From positions 73,069-127,720 of the forward strand of contig CANQWE010000001.1 of assembly GCA_947627475.1 (NCBI GenBank): a stretch of 54,652 bases of DNA, read 5' to 3'. The translations under genes were made by a program, and so were the position numbers. Origin of the DNA: an uncultured Clostridia bacterium (GTDB taxonomy: Bacteria > Bacillota > Clostridia > Oscillospirales > CAG-272). A model generated the notes under the pieces. It searched no databases and had not been told where the DNA came from. It saw only the letters and a program-made list of their open reading frames with translations. Below, in pieces: positions 35,819 through 45,697 of this stretch; position 1 is the stretch's first letter, and each line of letters starts with the position of its first letter.

Positions 35819-35897
35819 TCCATAGAAACTACAGGCACCCGCCACGGCTTTCGAGGCGGGCTTGTTGCGTGTATAAAAGGCGGAAAGGAAACGGATC

Positions 35898-36566
35898 GTG
35901 GCAGATATTTTTGAACTGTTTAAAAAAATTGGGAGTGAGAAAAAGGAGCCGGCCGGTGCCCCTACCCATTTGATCGTGGGATTGGGCAATCCCGGATCGG
36001 AGTATATCCGAACCCGACACAACGCCGGCTTCATCGCTGCGGATCATATTGCCCGGCGGTGCGCTGCAGAGTGTACCCGGGTCCGATTCCACTCTATGAA
36101 TGCATCTGTTGAGATCGGCGGCCACCGGGTGCTGCTGATGAAGCCGCAAACCTTTATGAATCAGTCCGGGCAGGCAGTGGGGGAGGCGGCAGCCTTCTAT
36201 AAAATCCCGCCGGAGAATATCATTGTTTTGGTAGACGATATTTATTTGCCGCCGGGACGGATGCGGATCCGTGCCGGTGGAACAGACGGGGGACATAACG
36301 GCCTGAAGGATATTATTTATCATTTGGGCGCAGATACATTTCCCCGTATTCGTATCGGTGTGGGCGAAAAAAAGCAGGGGGATCTGGTAAGCTGGGTGCT
36401 GGGAAAGCTTGGCGACGCAGACCTGGAACAGATGGCCCCGTGCTTTGCGGCATGCTATGAGGCCGCTGCGCTGATTATGGATGGAAAACCGGAGGAGGCT
36501 ATGGGCCGTTTCAACGGTATGAAGCCTGCTCCTTCCCAAAAGACACAAGCGGAGTACGACACATGA
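35898..36566 (+). CDS. pth: Peptidyl-tRNA hydrolase
   Basis: LIVGLGNPG, TRHNAGF, KPQTFMNQSG, GGHNG, RIRIGVG. Confidence 0.96.
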   Translation: MADIFELFKKIGSEKKEPAGAPTHLIVGLGNPGSEYIRTRHNAGFIAADHIARRCAAECTRVRFHSMNASVEIGGHRVLLMKPQTFMNQSGQAVGEAAAFYKIPPENIIVLVDDIYLPPGRMRIRAGGTDGGHNGLKDIIYHLGADTFPRIRIGVGEKKQGDLVSWVLGKLGDADLEQMAPCFAACYEAAALIMDGKPEEAMGRFNGMKPAPSQKTQAEYDT

Positions 36567-39500
36567 ATCATCCAACACTTCTATTGCACGCTATGCGGGG
36601 CTGCAGGGAATATACAGCCCTTACCGACGCGGTGGCCGCATCCCGCCGCCGGGCGGTGCCGCGTCCCATTTGCGTCAACGGACTGTGCGAGGGCGCATCC
36701 CCTTTGTTTCTCGCCGCCCTGACTGCCGATGAGACGGCCGCATCCCGCCGGGTTCTCCTTTTGTATTCCAGCGACCGTGCCGCCGCGGACGCGGCTCTTC
36801 GTCTGTCGGATATGGGCATAACAGCATATCATTTTCCCGTACGGGACTATCAGTTTCACAATACCACTGCCTCTCGTGACTATGAGCAAGAAAGGCTTTT
36901 TGTACTGTCTGCCATGTTGTTTACCGAGGAGCCTATGGTAGTCTGTGCCACGGTGGAGGCCGTGCTGCAAACTACCGTCCCGCCGGAAGATCTGATCCAC
37001 CTCACCTATGTGGTGGATATGGACCGCCCCCTGGATACAGCCCGCCTGGCAGAAGTTTTGGTGCGGGGCGGGTACACCCGGGTAGAGCTGGTGGAGGGTC
37101 CCGGTCAGTTTGCAATGCGCGGAGGGATCATTGACGTATTTCCTCCTGCAAAGGCCCCTGTACGTATTGAACTGTTCGGAGACGAAATCGACCGGATGGG
37201 TCATTTTGATCCGGTCACCCAGCGATTTACCGAGTCAGTTCGGGAGCCGATCCGGATTCCTCCTGCAGGGGAGATTCCAGTCAGCGATCAGAGCAGGGAA
37301 CTGATTCGCGCCGCCTGTGAAAAACAGCTGAAAAAACTCCAGGGTACGGAAAATGCCCGGGCTATAGATATTCTAAAGGGTGAGCTTGCCTCTCTGGACA
37401 GCGGTGCATCCATTAGCTTTGCAGACAAGTATATTCCCCTGATTTATCCGGAGGCTTCCTGCTTCTTGGATTATTATGACGGCTTGGCTGTGCTGTGTGA
37501 CGCCGCTGCGGTTCATCAGCAGGCCCAGGCAGCGGAAATGCTCACCATGCAGACCCTGGAGGAAATGATCGGAGCAGGAGAGATGTATCATAAGGTGCGG
37601 GGCACCTATATCCATCCGTGGGCGCGGATGGAAAAGGCGCTGGAGGTGCTGCCCAGTATTCTGATGGATCCTTTTGCCCGCAGCCATCCGGGCCTTGTCC
37701 CCGGAGCGGAGTTTCACTTTGTCACCAGGCATATTCCTGCATATGGAGGGAACACCTCCCTGCTGCTGGAAGATCTCGCCCAGCTTGTGCAGGCAAAATA
37801 CCGCACAGCAGTGCTGTGTGCCAATGAAGCAGAAGGCAGAAACATTGCAGATATGCTTATGGGAGAGGGATATACCGCTGCCCTGTGGGACGGAGCTCTT
37901 ACCTTTTTTGACGGGGCGGGAGACCGTAAACCGATTGCTGTACTTTACGGAGAGGGGGACGCGGGCTTTGAACTGACCGGAGACCGGTTTGCTTTTTTGA
38001 ATTTTTCTGGAATACCGGGTGTGGCTGCCGGTAGAAGAGGGCGCAAAAAAAAGTCTGTGCCCAAAAAGAATCGGGAGGCGATTCTCTCCTACAGCGACCT
38101 GACCGAGGGGGATTATGTGGTCCATGAGGCGTATGGAATCGGTCTGTTTGAAGGCATCGAAAATCTGACCGTAGACGGCATGTCCCGGGACTATGTCAAG
38201 ATTAAATACGCAGGCACAGACCAGCTATTTTTGCCGGTGGACCAATTGGATCTGCTTTCTAAATATATCGGCGCCTCCGCCGAGGGGGGCACGGTGCGTC
38301 TTTCCAAAATGGGGGGCGCCGACTGGACAAGAGCCAAAAGCCGCGCCAGCGCCTCCGCTAAGGAGATGGCCAAGGAGCTGATCGAGCTGTACGCCCGTCG
38401 CAGGCGGGCGAGGGGGATTGCCTTTCCGCCCGAGGACGATATGGGGCGGCAGTTTGCGGCGGCCTTCCCCTATGAGGAAACGGACAGTCAGCTTTCTGCC
38501 ATCGCAGATGTAAAGCGGGACATGGAAGCGGAGTATCCCATGGATCGGATCGTGTGCGGAGACGTAGGATACGGAAAAACAGAAGTGGCACTGCGTGCGG
38601 CTTTCAAGGCAGTGTCCGGGGGATGCCAGGTGGCGATTTTGGTGCCTACCACCATTTTGGCCTATCAGCATTATCAAACAGCCCTCAGCCGGTTCCGGGG
38701 GTTTCCTGTTACGGTAGATATGCTGTCCCGGTTCCGGACGAAGGCCCAGCAGGCTGCGTCCCTCCGCCGGCTGCGCCGGGGCGAAACAGATATTGTCATC
38801 GGTACCCATCGGCTGATTTCCCAGGACATTGCATTTAAAAATTTGGGTCTTGTAATCGTAGACGAGGAGCAGCGCTTTGGAGTGGCCCAAAAGGAAAAGC
38901 TGAAGGAGACCGCCATCGGCGCGGATATGCTCACCTTAACTGCGACGCCCATTCCGCGGACGCTGAACATGGCAATGGGCGGCATATTGGATATGAGCGT
39001 CCTGGATGATGTGCCGGGGATGCGCTCTCCTGTGCAGACCTATGTGATGGAGCATGAAGACGGAATTCTGTATGAAGCCATCCGTCGGGAGCTGCGCCGG
39101 GGCGGGCAGGTATTTTACCTGAACAACAACGTGGAGTATTTGTATACCATTGCCGGCAAATTGGGACGGGCCATTCCCGAGGCCCGGTGCGCCGTGGCCC
39201 ACGGACGTATGGACCGGGACGAGCTGGAAGAAGTGTGGGAAGGACTGGTGCAGGGAGAAATCGATGTTCTGATCTGTACCACGATCATTGAAACCGGCGT
39301 AGATATTCCCAACGCAAATACCCTGATTATTGAAAATGCAGATCGGTTCGGCCTGTCCCAACTCCATCAGATCCGGGGCCGGGTAGGACGCTCCAGTCGC
39401 CGGGCATATGCGTATTTTACCTATCCTAAAATGAAGCAGCTGTCGGAGATTGCGGACAAACGGCTCCAGGCGATCCGGGAATATGCGGCTTTTGGGGCGG

Positions 39501-40111
39501 GATTTAAAATCGCCCTGCGGGATCTGGAAATCCGGGGCGCCGGCAATTTGCTGGGTGAGCAGCAGCACGGCCATATGGAAGCGGTAGGGTACGATATGTA
39601 TATCAAGCTTTTGGAAGAGGCGGTGCTGGAAGAAAAGGGCGAAGAGAAAAAAGCGCGGGTGGAATGTGCGGTCAATGTGCGCGCGGACGCCTATCTTCCC
39701 AAAAGCTATATCCGGGATCAGTCCCAGCGTATGGAGATGTATCGTAAGATCGCCAGAATCCAACGGGAGGAAGATTTCTCCGACATGATCGATGAGCTGT
39801 GCGACCGGTTTGGAGATCCGCCCAGAAGCGCGATGATGCTGTGTCGCATCGCCCTTTTACGGGGGCTGGGTATCCAGGCGGGAATGGAAAAAATCGAAGA
39901 GCGGGACAAAGAGCTACTTCTCCAGGGTAAAAGCCCGGACCTCACAGCGGTGCAGCAGCTTGCCGGCAAATATCCGGGGGCAATCCGCATGACCATCGGC
40001 GCCATGCCGGCCATTACGGTGAAAAAGCCCCGGGGCGCACAGACCGTAGACTTTTTGTGCGATTTGTTAACGGAATATATACAGTTTCTTCCGAAAGACG
40101 TACAGGAATAA
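36563..40111 (+). CDS. mfd: Transcription-repair coupling factor
   Basis: RGGIIDVF, GDYVVH, CGDVGYGKTEVA, DEEQRFGV, QIRGRVGR, RDLEIRGAGNLLG. Confidence 0.97.
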   Translation: MNHPTLLLHAMRGCREYTALTDAVAASRRRAVPRPICVNGLCEGASPLFLAALTADETAASRRVLLLYSSDRAAADAALRLSDMGITAYHFPVRDYQFHNTTASRDYEQERLFVLSAMLFTEEPMVVCATVEAVLQTTVPPEDLIHLTYVVDMDRPLDTARLAEVLVRGGYTRVELVEGPGQFAMRGGIIDVFPPAKAPVRIELFGDEIDRMGHFDPVTQRFTESVREPIRIPPAGEIPVSDQSRELIRAACEKQLKKLQGTENARAIDILKGELASLDSGASISFADKYIPLIYPEASCFLDYYDGLAVLCDAAAVHQQAQAAEMLTMQTLEEMIGAGEMYHKVRGTYIHPWARMEKALEVLPSILMDPFARSHPGLVPGAEFHFVTRHIPAYGGNTSLLLEDLAQLVQAKYRTAVLCANEAEGRNIADMLMGEGYTAALWDGALTFFDGAGDRKPIAVLYGEGDAGFELTGDRFAFLNFSGIPGVAAGRRGRKKKSVPKKNREAILSYSDLTEGDYVVHEAYGIGLFEGIENLTVDGMSRDYVKIKYAGTDQLFLPVDQLDLLSKYIGASAEGGTVRLSKMGGADWTRAKSRASASAKEMAKELIELYARRRRARGIAFPPEDDMGRQFAAAFPYEETDSQLSAIADVKRDMEAEYPMDRIVCGDVGYGKTEVALRAAFKAVSGGCQVAILVPTTILAYQHYQTALSRFRGFPVTVDMLSRFRTKAQQAASLRRLRRGETDIVIGTHRLISQDIAFKNLGLVIVDEEQRFGVAQKEKLKETAIGADMLTLTATPIPRTLNMAMGGILDMSVLDDVPGMRSPVQTYVMEHEDGILYEAIRRELRRGGQVFYLNNNVEYLYTIAGKLGRAIPEARCAVAHGRMDRDELEEVWEGLVQGEIDVLICTTIIETGVDIPNANTLIIENADRFGLSQLHQIRGRVGRSSRRAYAYFTYPKMKQLSEIADKRLQAIREYAAFGAGFKIALRDLEIRGAGNLLGEQQHGHMEAVGYDMYIKLLEEAVLEEKGEEKKARVECAVNVRADAYLPKSYIRDQSQRMEMYRKIARIQREEDFSDMIDELCDRFGDPPRSAMMLCRIALLRGLGIQAGMEKIEERDKELLLQGKSPDLTAVQQLAGKYPGAIRMTIGAMPAITVKKPRGAQTVDFLCDLLTEYIQFLPKDVQE

Positions 40112-40158
40112 GCGTTTTTGTATGATACAATAAAAAAGCGGGCCTGTCCGCAGAAAGG

Positions 40159-41280
40159 ATGCCTTTTATGAAACAAAGATATAAAAGTGTCGCGGCGTTG
40201 CTGGGCCTGCTTCTGTTCTTTACCGGCTGCCTGCAGGGGTGCGGCAAAGATTCCAGCCCGCCTGTGCTGACGCTGGGTGATGTATCGATCAGCGAAAATG
40301 TATATCATTACTGGGCCAGCACGTATAAAGGAGACTTTTTATACAGATACGAGGACGTAGAGAACACAGAGGACTTCTGGAATGGAGAGCTGATCGACGG
40401 AATGACCGCGGCAGAGTACTTTGACGCGGTGATTTTGGAAAATATTCAGTATACCCTGGTGTGTATGCAGCTATTTGAGGAGTACGGGCTGGTGATTTCC
40501 GCGTCGGAAAAGGAGAGCATTCAAAACCTTGTTTCCGATTATTTGAAGGAGTATGCCCAGGGCAATCGGAACCTGCTCAATCAGGCGCTGGGTGAATACG
40601 GGGTCAATATGGAGCTTTTAGAGAAAATCTATATTGACGACGCCAAGACCACCAAGGTATATGAATACCTGTATGGGGAAAACGGGCAGACGCCTATTGA
40701 TAATGCACAGATGGAGGCGTATTATCAGGAAAACTTTGTGCATTTGCAAATGATTTTTATCAACAATAAATATCGATATCAGACAGACAGCAGTGGAAAA
40801 TACATCACCGACGAGAATGGGCAGGCCGTCACCGAAGAGCTGGATGCGGATACAAAGGCACAGAAGGACGAGGCCATCCGAAAGGTGCAGGAGGGTATAA
40901 AGAACGGCATATCCTTTGGAGAACTGTACGAGACATATTCTGAGCTGAAGGCATATGAGAACGGATATTATTTCAGCAAGGGAACTACCTACGATGACCA
41001 GATCTATTATGATATTATACAGGAGGCGTTGAACATGGAGCCTCAAGAGACGGCGGTTGTGGAAGGAGACTACGGAACCTGTATTATCCAAAAGCTGGAG
41101 CTTGACCCGGGCGCATGGCAAGACAAGGAGAACTCTGATTTCTTTGATGAATTCCAGAATACTGTAGGGGATACAGTATTCCGGGAGTTTTTGCGGGAGC
41201 ATTTTGACGAGATCGAAGTGCATGAAGACGTCATCGCTTCTTACTCCATAGGGACGGTTACACCCAATTACACGTTTTAA
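40159..41280 (+). CDS. Acidic lipoprotein, PrsA/SurA-like foldase
   Basis: Lipobox LQGC; SurA-like N-terminus and degenerate parvulin-like region; position after pth-mfd. Confidence 0.55.
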   Translation: MPFMKQRYKSVAALLGLLLFFTGCLQGCGKDSSPPVLTLGDVSISENVYHYWASTYKGDFLYRYEDVENTEDFWNGELIDGMTAAEYFDAVILENIQYTLVCMQLFEEYGLVISASEKESIQNLVSDYLKEYAQGNRNLLNQALGEYGVNMELLEKIYIDDAKTTKVYEYLYGENGQTPIDNAQMEAYYQENFVHLQMIFINNKYRYQTDSSGKYITDENGQAVTEELDADTKAQKDEAIRKVQEGIKNGISFGELYETYSELKAYENGYYFSKGTTYDDQIYYDIIQEALNMEPQETAVVEGDYGTCIIQKLELDPGAWQDKENSDFFDEFQNTVGDTVFREFLREHFDEIEVHEDVIASYSIGTVTPNYTF

Positions 41281-41308
41281 CAAGAGGGGCTTACCAGCCC
41301 CTCTTGTT
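41279..41308 (+). terminator. Terminator, AAGAGGGG family copy 3
   Basis: AACAAGAGGGGCT-tacc-AGCCCCTCTTGTT. Confidence 0.75.
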
Positions 41309-41389
41309 CATTTATGAGATGGAGAAGATTATTCTCCCCTTATTTTATGCTGCAGCCTTTCTCCCCCATCTTTTGTCTAATACAAAATC

Positions 41390-41490
41390 TGCCTCTGCTG
41401 GCAAGGGGCTGTTTAAGGATTGTATGAATCCCTTGCAAAAGGCCTCAGCGGAGGACTTAGAGAATTGTCAGCGATAGCTGACGGATGGGT
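41390..41490. repeat. Degenerate REP-like element
   Basis: GCCTCTGCTGGCAAGGGGC and TGTCAGCGATAGCTGACGGATGGG. Confidence 0.5.
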
Positions 41491-41534
41491 TATCGGCCAT
41501 GAAGTGCCTTTCAAATTTATTTTAAAAAAAGGGG

Positions 41535-41584
41535 TTGACAAGTGCGGCAAACTATTGTATTATTGTGTTAGTACAATAATACAA
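41535..41584 (+). promoter_or_regulatory. sigma-A promoter overlapped by YtrA-type operator
   Basis: TTGACA (41535-41540), 17 bp, TATTAT; palindrome TTGTATTATTGT-gttagt-ACAATAATACAA (41555-41584). Confidence 0.85.
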
Positions 41585-41599
41585 GAAAGGAGTGCCGCT

Positions 41600-42019
41600 A
41601 TGGCTTGGACATTTGATCAAACCATTCCAATCTATTTGCAGGCAGCGTATCGAATACGCTCTGATATCGTTTGCGGGCGATACTGTAAAAACGAAAAGCT
41701 GCCGTCTGTACGGGAATTTGCACTGACTGCGTCCATTAATCCCAATACCATTCAGCGTGCTTTCGGCCTATTGGAGGAAGAAGGGCTGGTGGTGACCCAG
41801 GGAACTGCGGGACGGTTTGTCACTTCCGACAATACTGTGATCACCCGGGCGCGGGAATCCATTGCAAAGCAGCTGGTGGAAGGATTCGCTGCAAAAATGA
41901 CAGAGCTGGGCTATTCCCCTGAGGAAGCCGCGCGACTGACAAAATCTTACTGGGGCAAAACATCCCCGACAAACATTCTAAAAAAGGAGGCACAATCGGA
42001 TGAATCTGCCGATTCTTGA
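41600..42019 (+). CDS. GntR-family regulator (YtrA subfamily)
   Basis: PIYLQ, KLPSVRE, INPNTIQRAF, LEEEG, GRFVT; followed by ABC genes. Confidence 0.92.
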   Translation: MAWTFDQTIPIYLQAAYRIRSDIVCGRYCKNEKLPSVREFALTASINPNTIQRAFGLLEEEGLVVTQGTAGRFVTSDNTVITRARESIAKQLVEGFAAKMTELGYSPEEAARLTKSYWGKTSPTNILKKEAQSDESADS

Positions 42020-42704
42020 ATGCCGCAATTTGAGCAAAAGCTACGGACAAAGCGATTTGGCGCTGAATAACTTCAGCATTGCACTGCCCAGGGGAAAAGT
42101 GATTGGATTGCTGGGCCCCAATGGAAGCGGCAAAACCACTCTGATCAAGCTGATCGCCGGACTTCTGACGCCTACATCCGGAGAATTGCTTGTAAACGGT
42201 ATGCCCATAGGCGTAGAAACCAAACGGATCGTATCCTATCTGCCGGAACGCACATATTTTGATCCTGGTATGCAAGTGGAGGAAACCATTCGGTATTTTG
42301 CAGACTTTTACATGGATTTTAACGCAGAAAAGGCCCGAGCAATGCTGGAGGATTTGGGCGTAGACACAAATAAAAAAATGAAAGCGCTGTCCAAAGGCAC
42401 CAAGGAGAAGGTCCAGCTTGTGCTGGTCATGTCCAGAGACGCCCAGCTGTATCTTCTGGACGAACCTATCGGCGGTGTGGACCCCGCCACAAGGGACTAT
42501 ATTTTGAACACAATCGTGTCTAACTACAATCCGGATTCTACTGTGCTCATTTCCACGCACCTGATCTCCGATGTGGAAAAAGTGCTGGATGAATTTATGT
42601 TCATCCACAATGGGGCCCTGGTAATGTACAACTCTGCAGACAACGTCCGGGAAGAGCTGGGCAAAGGAATTGACGAACTGTTTCGGGAGGTTTTCAGATG
42701 CTGA
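42000..42704 (+). CDS. ABC transporter ATP-binding protein
   Basis: GPNGSGKTT, LSKG, LLDEP, STH. Confidence 0.95.
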   Translation: MNLPILECRNLSKSYGQSDLALNNFSIALPRGKVIGLLGPNGSGKTTLIKLIAGLLTPTSGELLVNGMPIGVETKRIVSYLPERTYFDPGMQVEETIRYFADFYMDFNAEKARAMLEDLGVDTNKKMKALSKGTKEKVQLVLVMSRDAQLYLLDEPIGGVDPATRDYILNTIVSNYNPDSTVLISTHLISDVEKVLDEFMFIHNGALVMYNSADNVREELGKGIDELFREVFRC

Positions 42705-43558
42705 AGAAATTATTTCGCTACGATATGAAGTACACTGCCAGATTGGTGCTGCCGCTGATGCTGCTGACACTGGGTACTACGGTTTTGGGCAGTGTTGCAA
42801 TGAAGATGCTGGGCAGCCTGGAATACAGCGACTTCAGCCAGACCTTCGGCGCTACCCTGCTGCGGATTGTGCTGGGGCTGATTGTGGCAGGTACCTGTTT
42901 TATCCTTGTTGCCTTTGCAATTATCACCTCCATCGTTGTGTTTATGCGGTTTTATAAACACTTTTTCTCCGACGAAGGATATCTGACGCACACGCTGCCG
43001 GTAAAGACCTCTACCCACATGTTTTCTAAAACATGGTCGACCCTTTTGTGGATCGTCATCACCACAGTCGCCACTCTATTCTTTATCTTTCTTTATATTT
43101 TAATTGGTACAGCCCCCCATGGGTCACTGCTAAACACAGAAGCCTTTCGGGCAGTAGGGGAATTTTTCCAGGGCATCTTCCCCTATATGACACCGTCATA
43201 CTGGATCATAGGGCTTGAAACTTTGCTTCTCACGCTGGTCTCCGTCGTTTTTTCCACATTTATGATTTTTACGGCGATAACCATTGGAGCTGTGGTCGCA
43301 AAGAAGCACAAAATTTTGGCGGCAATCGGATTTTACTATCTGATCAACATGATTATATCCATTGTTACCGTGCTTGTTTTTGTTCTTGTAACGCTATCAA
43401 CAGTGGGCAACACTATGCTTACCGGTTCGCTGCTACACAGTCCGGAAGGTTCTACACACTTTCTGCTGATTTTTGCAATTTTGCTTTATTCAGGGCTGTC
43501 CGCTGGCGGGTTTGCCTTGTGTAATCATTTTTTAAAGAAAAAATTAAATTTATCATGA
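42698..43558 (+). CDS. ABC transporter permease
   Basis: About six hydrophobic helices; EGYLTHTLPV motif; overlaps the ATPase gene. Confidence 0.85.
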   Translation: MLKKLFRYDMKYTARLVLPLMLLTLGTTVLGSVAMKMLGSLEYSDFSQTFGATLLRIVLGLIVAGTCFILVAFAIITSIVVFMRFYKHFFSDEGYLTHTLPVKTSTHMFSKTWSTLLWIVITTVATLFFIFLYILIGTAPHGSLLNTEAFRAVGEFFQGIFPYMTPSYWIIGLETLLLTLVSVVFSTFMIFTAITIGAVVAKKHKILAAIGFYYLINMIISIVTVLVFVLVTLSTVGNTMLTGSLLHSPEGSTHFLLIFAILLYSGLSAGGFALCNHFLKKKLNLS

Positions 43559-43559
43559 G

Positions 43560-43584
43560 AAAAAGAGGGGCTCAGCCCCTCTTT
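43560..43584 (+). terminator. Terminator, AAGAGGGG family copy 4
   Basis: AAAGAGGGGC-tca-GCCCCTCTTT. Confidence 0.75.
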
Positions 43585-43660
43585 ATTTGAGCTGATCCCA
43601 AGACAGGTGGCGTGCGTCTCCCCCCACTCGGGAAAGCCGTGCTCCCTTGCATTACGCAAG

Positions 43661-43922
43661 GCGCCTCTGGCGAGCCGCGGCGTAAAATGCCCAGGGGGCA
43701 AAAAAGTTTGAGCAAACTTTCGCGTAAAGCGGGTCGGCAAAGCAAGGCCCTGCAGGATCTGCAAAAGTACTGAAGTCGTGCAGACCGGAGCAGAGTGACA
43801 GTCCGCAGAAAACAAACGCCATAGCAAAGCCGGGGACCACGGATCGCAGGGCGATCCGAGAGCGTACTTTTGGTGTACTTTGTGCAGAAAGTACCATTCG
43901 TTTCCCTTGATTCGAGAAGCAG
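43661..43922. repeat. Structured intergenic module Y, copy 2
   Basis: Colinear with 30040-30305; has an extra hairpin CGGATCGC-agg-GCGATCCG. Confidence 0.8.
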
Positions 43923-44178
43923 GGAAGAACCTACTTCTTTCTAAGAGGAAGGAAAGAATATTTCTTTCCCAAGGGAAAAAGAGAAGGACGTTCCTCTTCC
44001 ATGTGGAAAAGGAACCAAAAGACAGAAAAGGGAAGGGGGATTCCCCTTCCCTTTTCGATCCCTTTCCCTTTGACAGCAAGGTGGGGACAAACTTTCCGGT
44101 ATGCACTGGATTAGCAGCATCTGCAGGATATGTAGAAAACAAAAAGATATAGAAATATAAAGCAGGGACAAATAAAAT
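43921..44178. repeat. Structured intergenic module X, copy 2
   Basis: Colinear with 29431-29692. Confidence 0.85.
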
Positions 44179-44263
44179 CTTTATGGCATCCAGCTGCAGT
44201 GTTTCGCGAAAACTTTGCAAGCCCCCACTGAGGCATTTCGTGAACGGCGTCAGAGGGAGTATA

Positions 44264-45697
44264 TTAAACAGTCAGCTCTGCACCGTCTCCCATAGAAGCG
44301 CGGTTCTTTTCTAACAGAGCATCGATGGTTTCAACAAAAGTACAAACCTGTTCTGCGCTGCGCCCGGTATAATGTTCCGGCTGAAGCTGGGCTTCGATTT
44401 CTTCTTTGGTCAAAGGGAAAAGAGGATCTGCCTCGATTCGCTGAATTAGATCGTGCCGCTTCCCGTATTTCTTCACCTGCTCTGCGCTGGCAATGGAGTG
44501 GACCCGAATGCGTTCGTGAAGCTCCTGCCGGTCCCCCCCCCGTTTTACTGCTTCCATCATAATGTTTTCGCTGGCCATATAGGGCAGGTTGTCCATCACT
44601 CTGGAACGGATCACCATAGGATTGACCACGATTCCCTGGGAGATGTTGATATAAATATTCAGAATGGCATCTACCGCAAGAAAAGCTTCCGCCATGGAAA
44701 TACGCTTGTTGGCACTGTCGTCCAGGGTGCGTTCAAACCACTGGGTACCGGCGGTGATGGCGGGATTGAGAGAATCAGTGATCACATAGCGGGCCAGAGA
44801 TGCAATCCGTTCACTGCGCATGGGATTGCGCTTGTAAGGCATGGCGGAGGATCCGATCTGATGCTTTTCAAAGGGCTCCTCCATTTCCATAAAGGACTGG
44901 GCGATCCGCATGTCCCCGGAAAATTTATATGCAGACTGCGCGATACCGGATAGAACGGACATGACCCGGCTGTCGTGCTTTCTGGTGTAGGTTTGGCCGC
45001 TGACAGGTACGCATCCTGCAAAGCCGAACTTTGCGGCAATATATGCTTCTGCCCGTGCAACCTTTTCACTGTCCCCGTCAAAGAGCTCCAAAAAGCTCGC
45101 CTGGGTGCCGGTGGTTCCCTTGGAGCCCAGCAGAAGCAATCCATTTGCCACGTAATCCAGATCCTCCAAATCCAACATCAGATCATAAAGCCACAGGGTG
45201 GCGCGCTTGCCCACCGTGGTCAGCTGAGCGGGCTGGAGATGCGTATATGCCAGGGCAGGCATGTCCCGGTATTCCATAGCAAAATTCCGCAGGTTCTGCA
45301 TCACCCGCAGCAGCTTGCCCCGCACCAGCTCCAGCGCTTTTTTCATGATGATCATGTCGGTATTGTCTCCTACATAGCAGGAGGTGGCTCCCAGATGGAT
45401 GATGGGCCGCGCGCCGGGAATCTGATCCCCCCAGGCATGGATATGGGCCATTACATCGTGCCGCAGCTTTTTCTCATAAGCGGCGGCAGCTTCGTAGTCC
45501 ACGTCCTTTTCATGGGCTCGCATCTGGGCAAGCTGTTCATCTGTGATGTCCAGTCCCTCCTGCTGCTCCGCTTCGGCTAAGGCGATCCACAACGCTCGCC
45601 AGGTGGTAAATTTCATGTCGGCAGAAAAAAGATACTGCATCTCCGCGCTGGCATATCTTGTGGAAAAGGGGCTTTCATAGTTTTTGTTACTGTTCAT
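44264..45697 (-). CDS. purB: Adenylosuccinate lyase
   Basis: RHDVMAH, TSCYVGDN, THLQPAQ, GSSAMPYKRNPMRSE. Confidence 0.96.
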   Translation of the reverse strand: MNSNKNYESPFSTRYASAEMQYLFSADMKFTTWRALWIALAEAEQQEGLDITDEQLAQMRAHEKDVDYEAAAAYEKKLRHDVMAHIHAWGDQIPGARPIIHLGATSCYVGDNTDMIIMKKALELVRGKLLRVMQNLRNFAMEYRDMPALAYTHLQPAQLTTVGKRATLWLYDLMLDLEDLDYVANGLLLLGSKGTTGTQASFLELFDGDSEKVARAEAYIAAKFGFAGCVPVSGQTYTRKHDSRVMSVLSGIAQSAYKFSGDMRIAQSFMEMEEPFEKHQIGSSAMPYKRNPMRSERIASLARYVITDSLNPAITAGTQWFERTLDDSANKRISMAEAFLAVDAILNIYINISQGIVVNPMVIRSRVMDNLPYMASENIMMEAVKRGGDRQELHERIRVHSIASAEQVKKYGKRHDLIQRIEADPLFPLTKEEIEAQLQPEHYTGRSAEQVCTFVETIDALLEKNRASMGDGAELTV

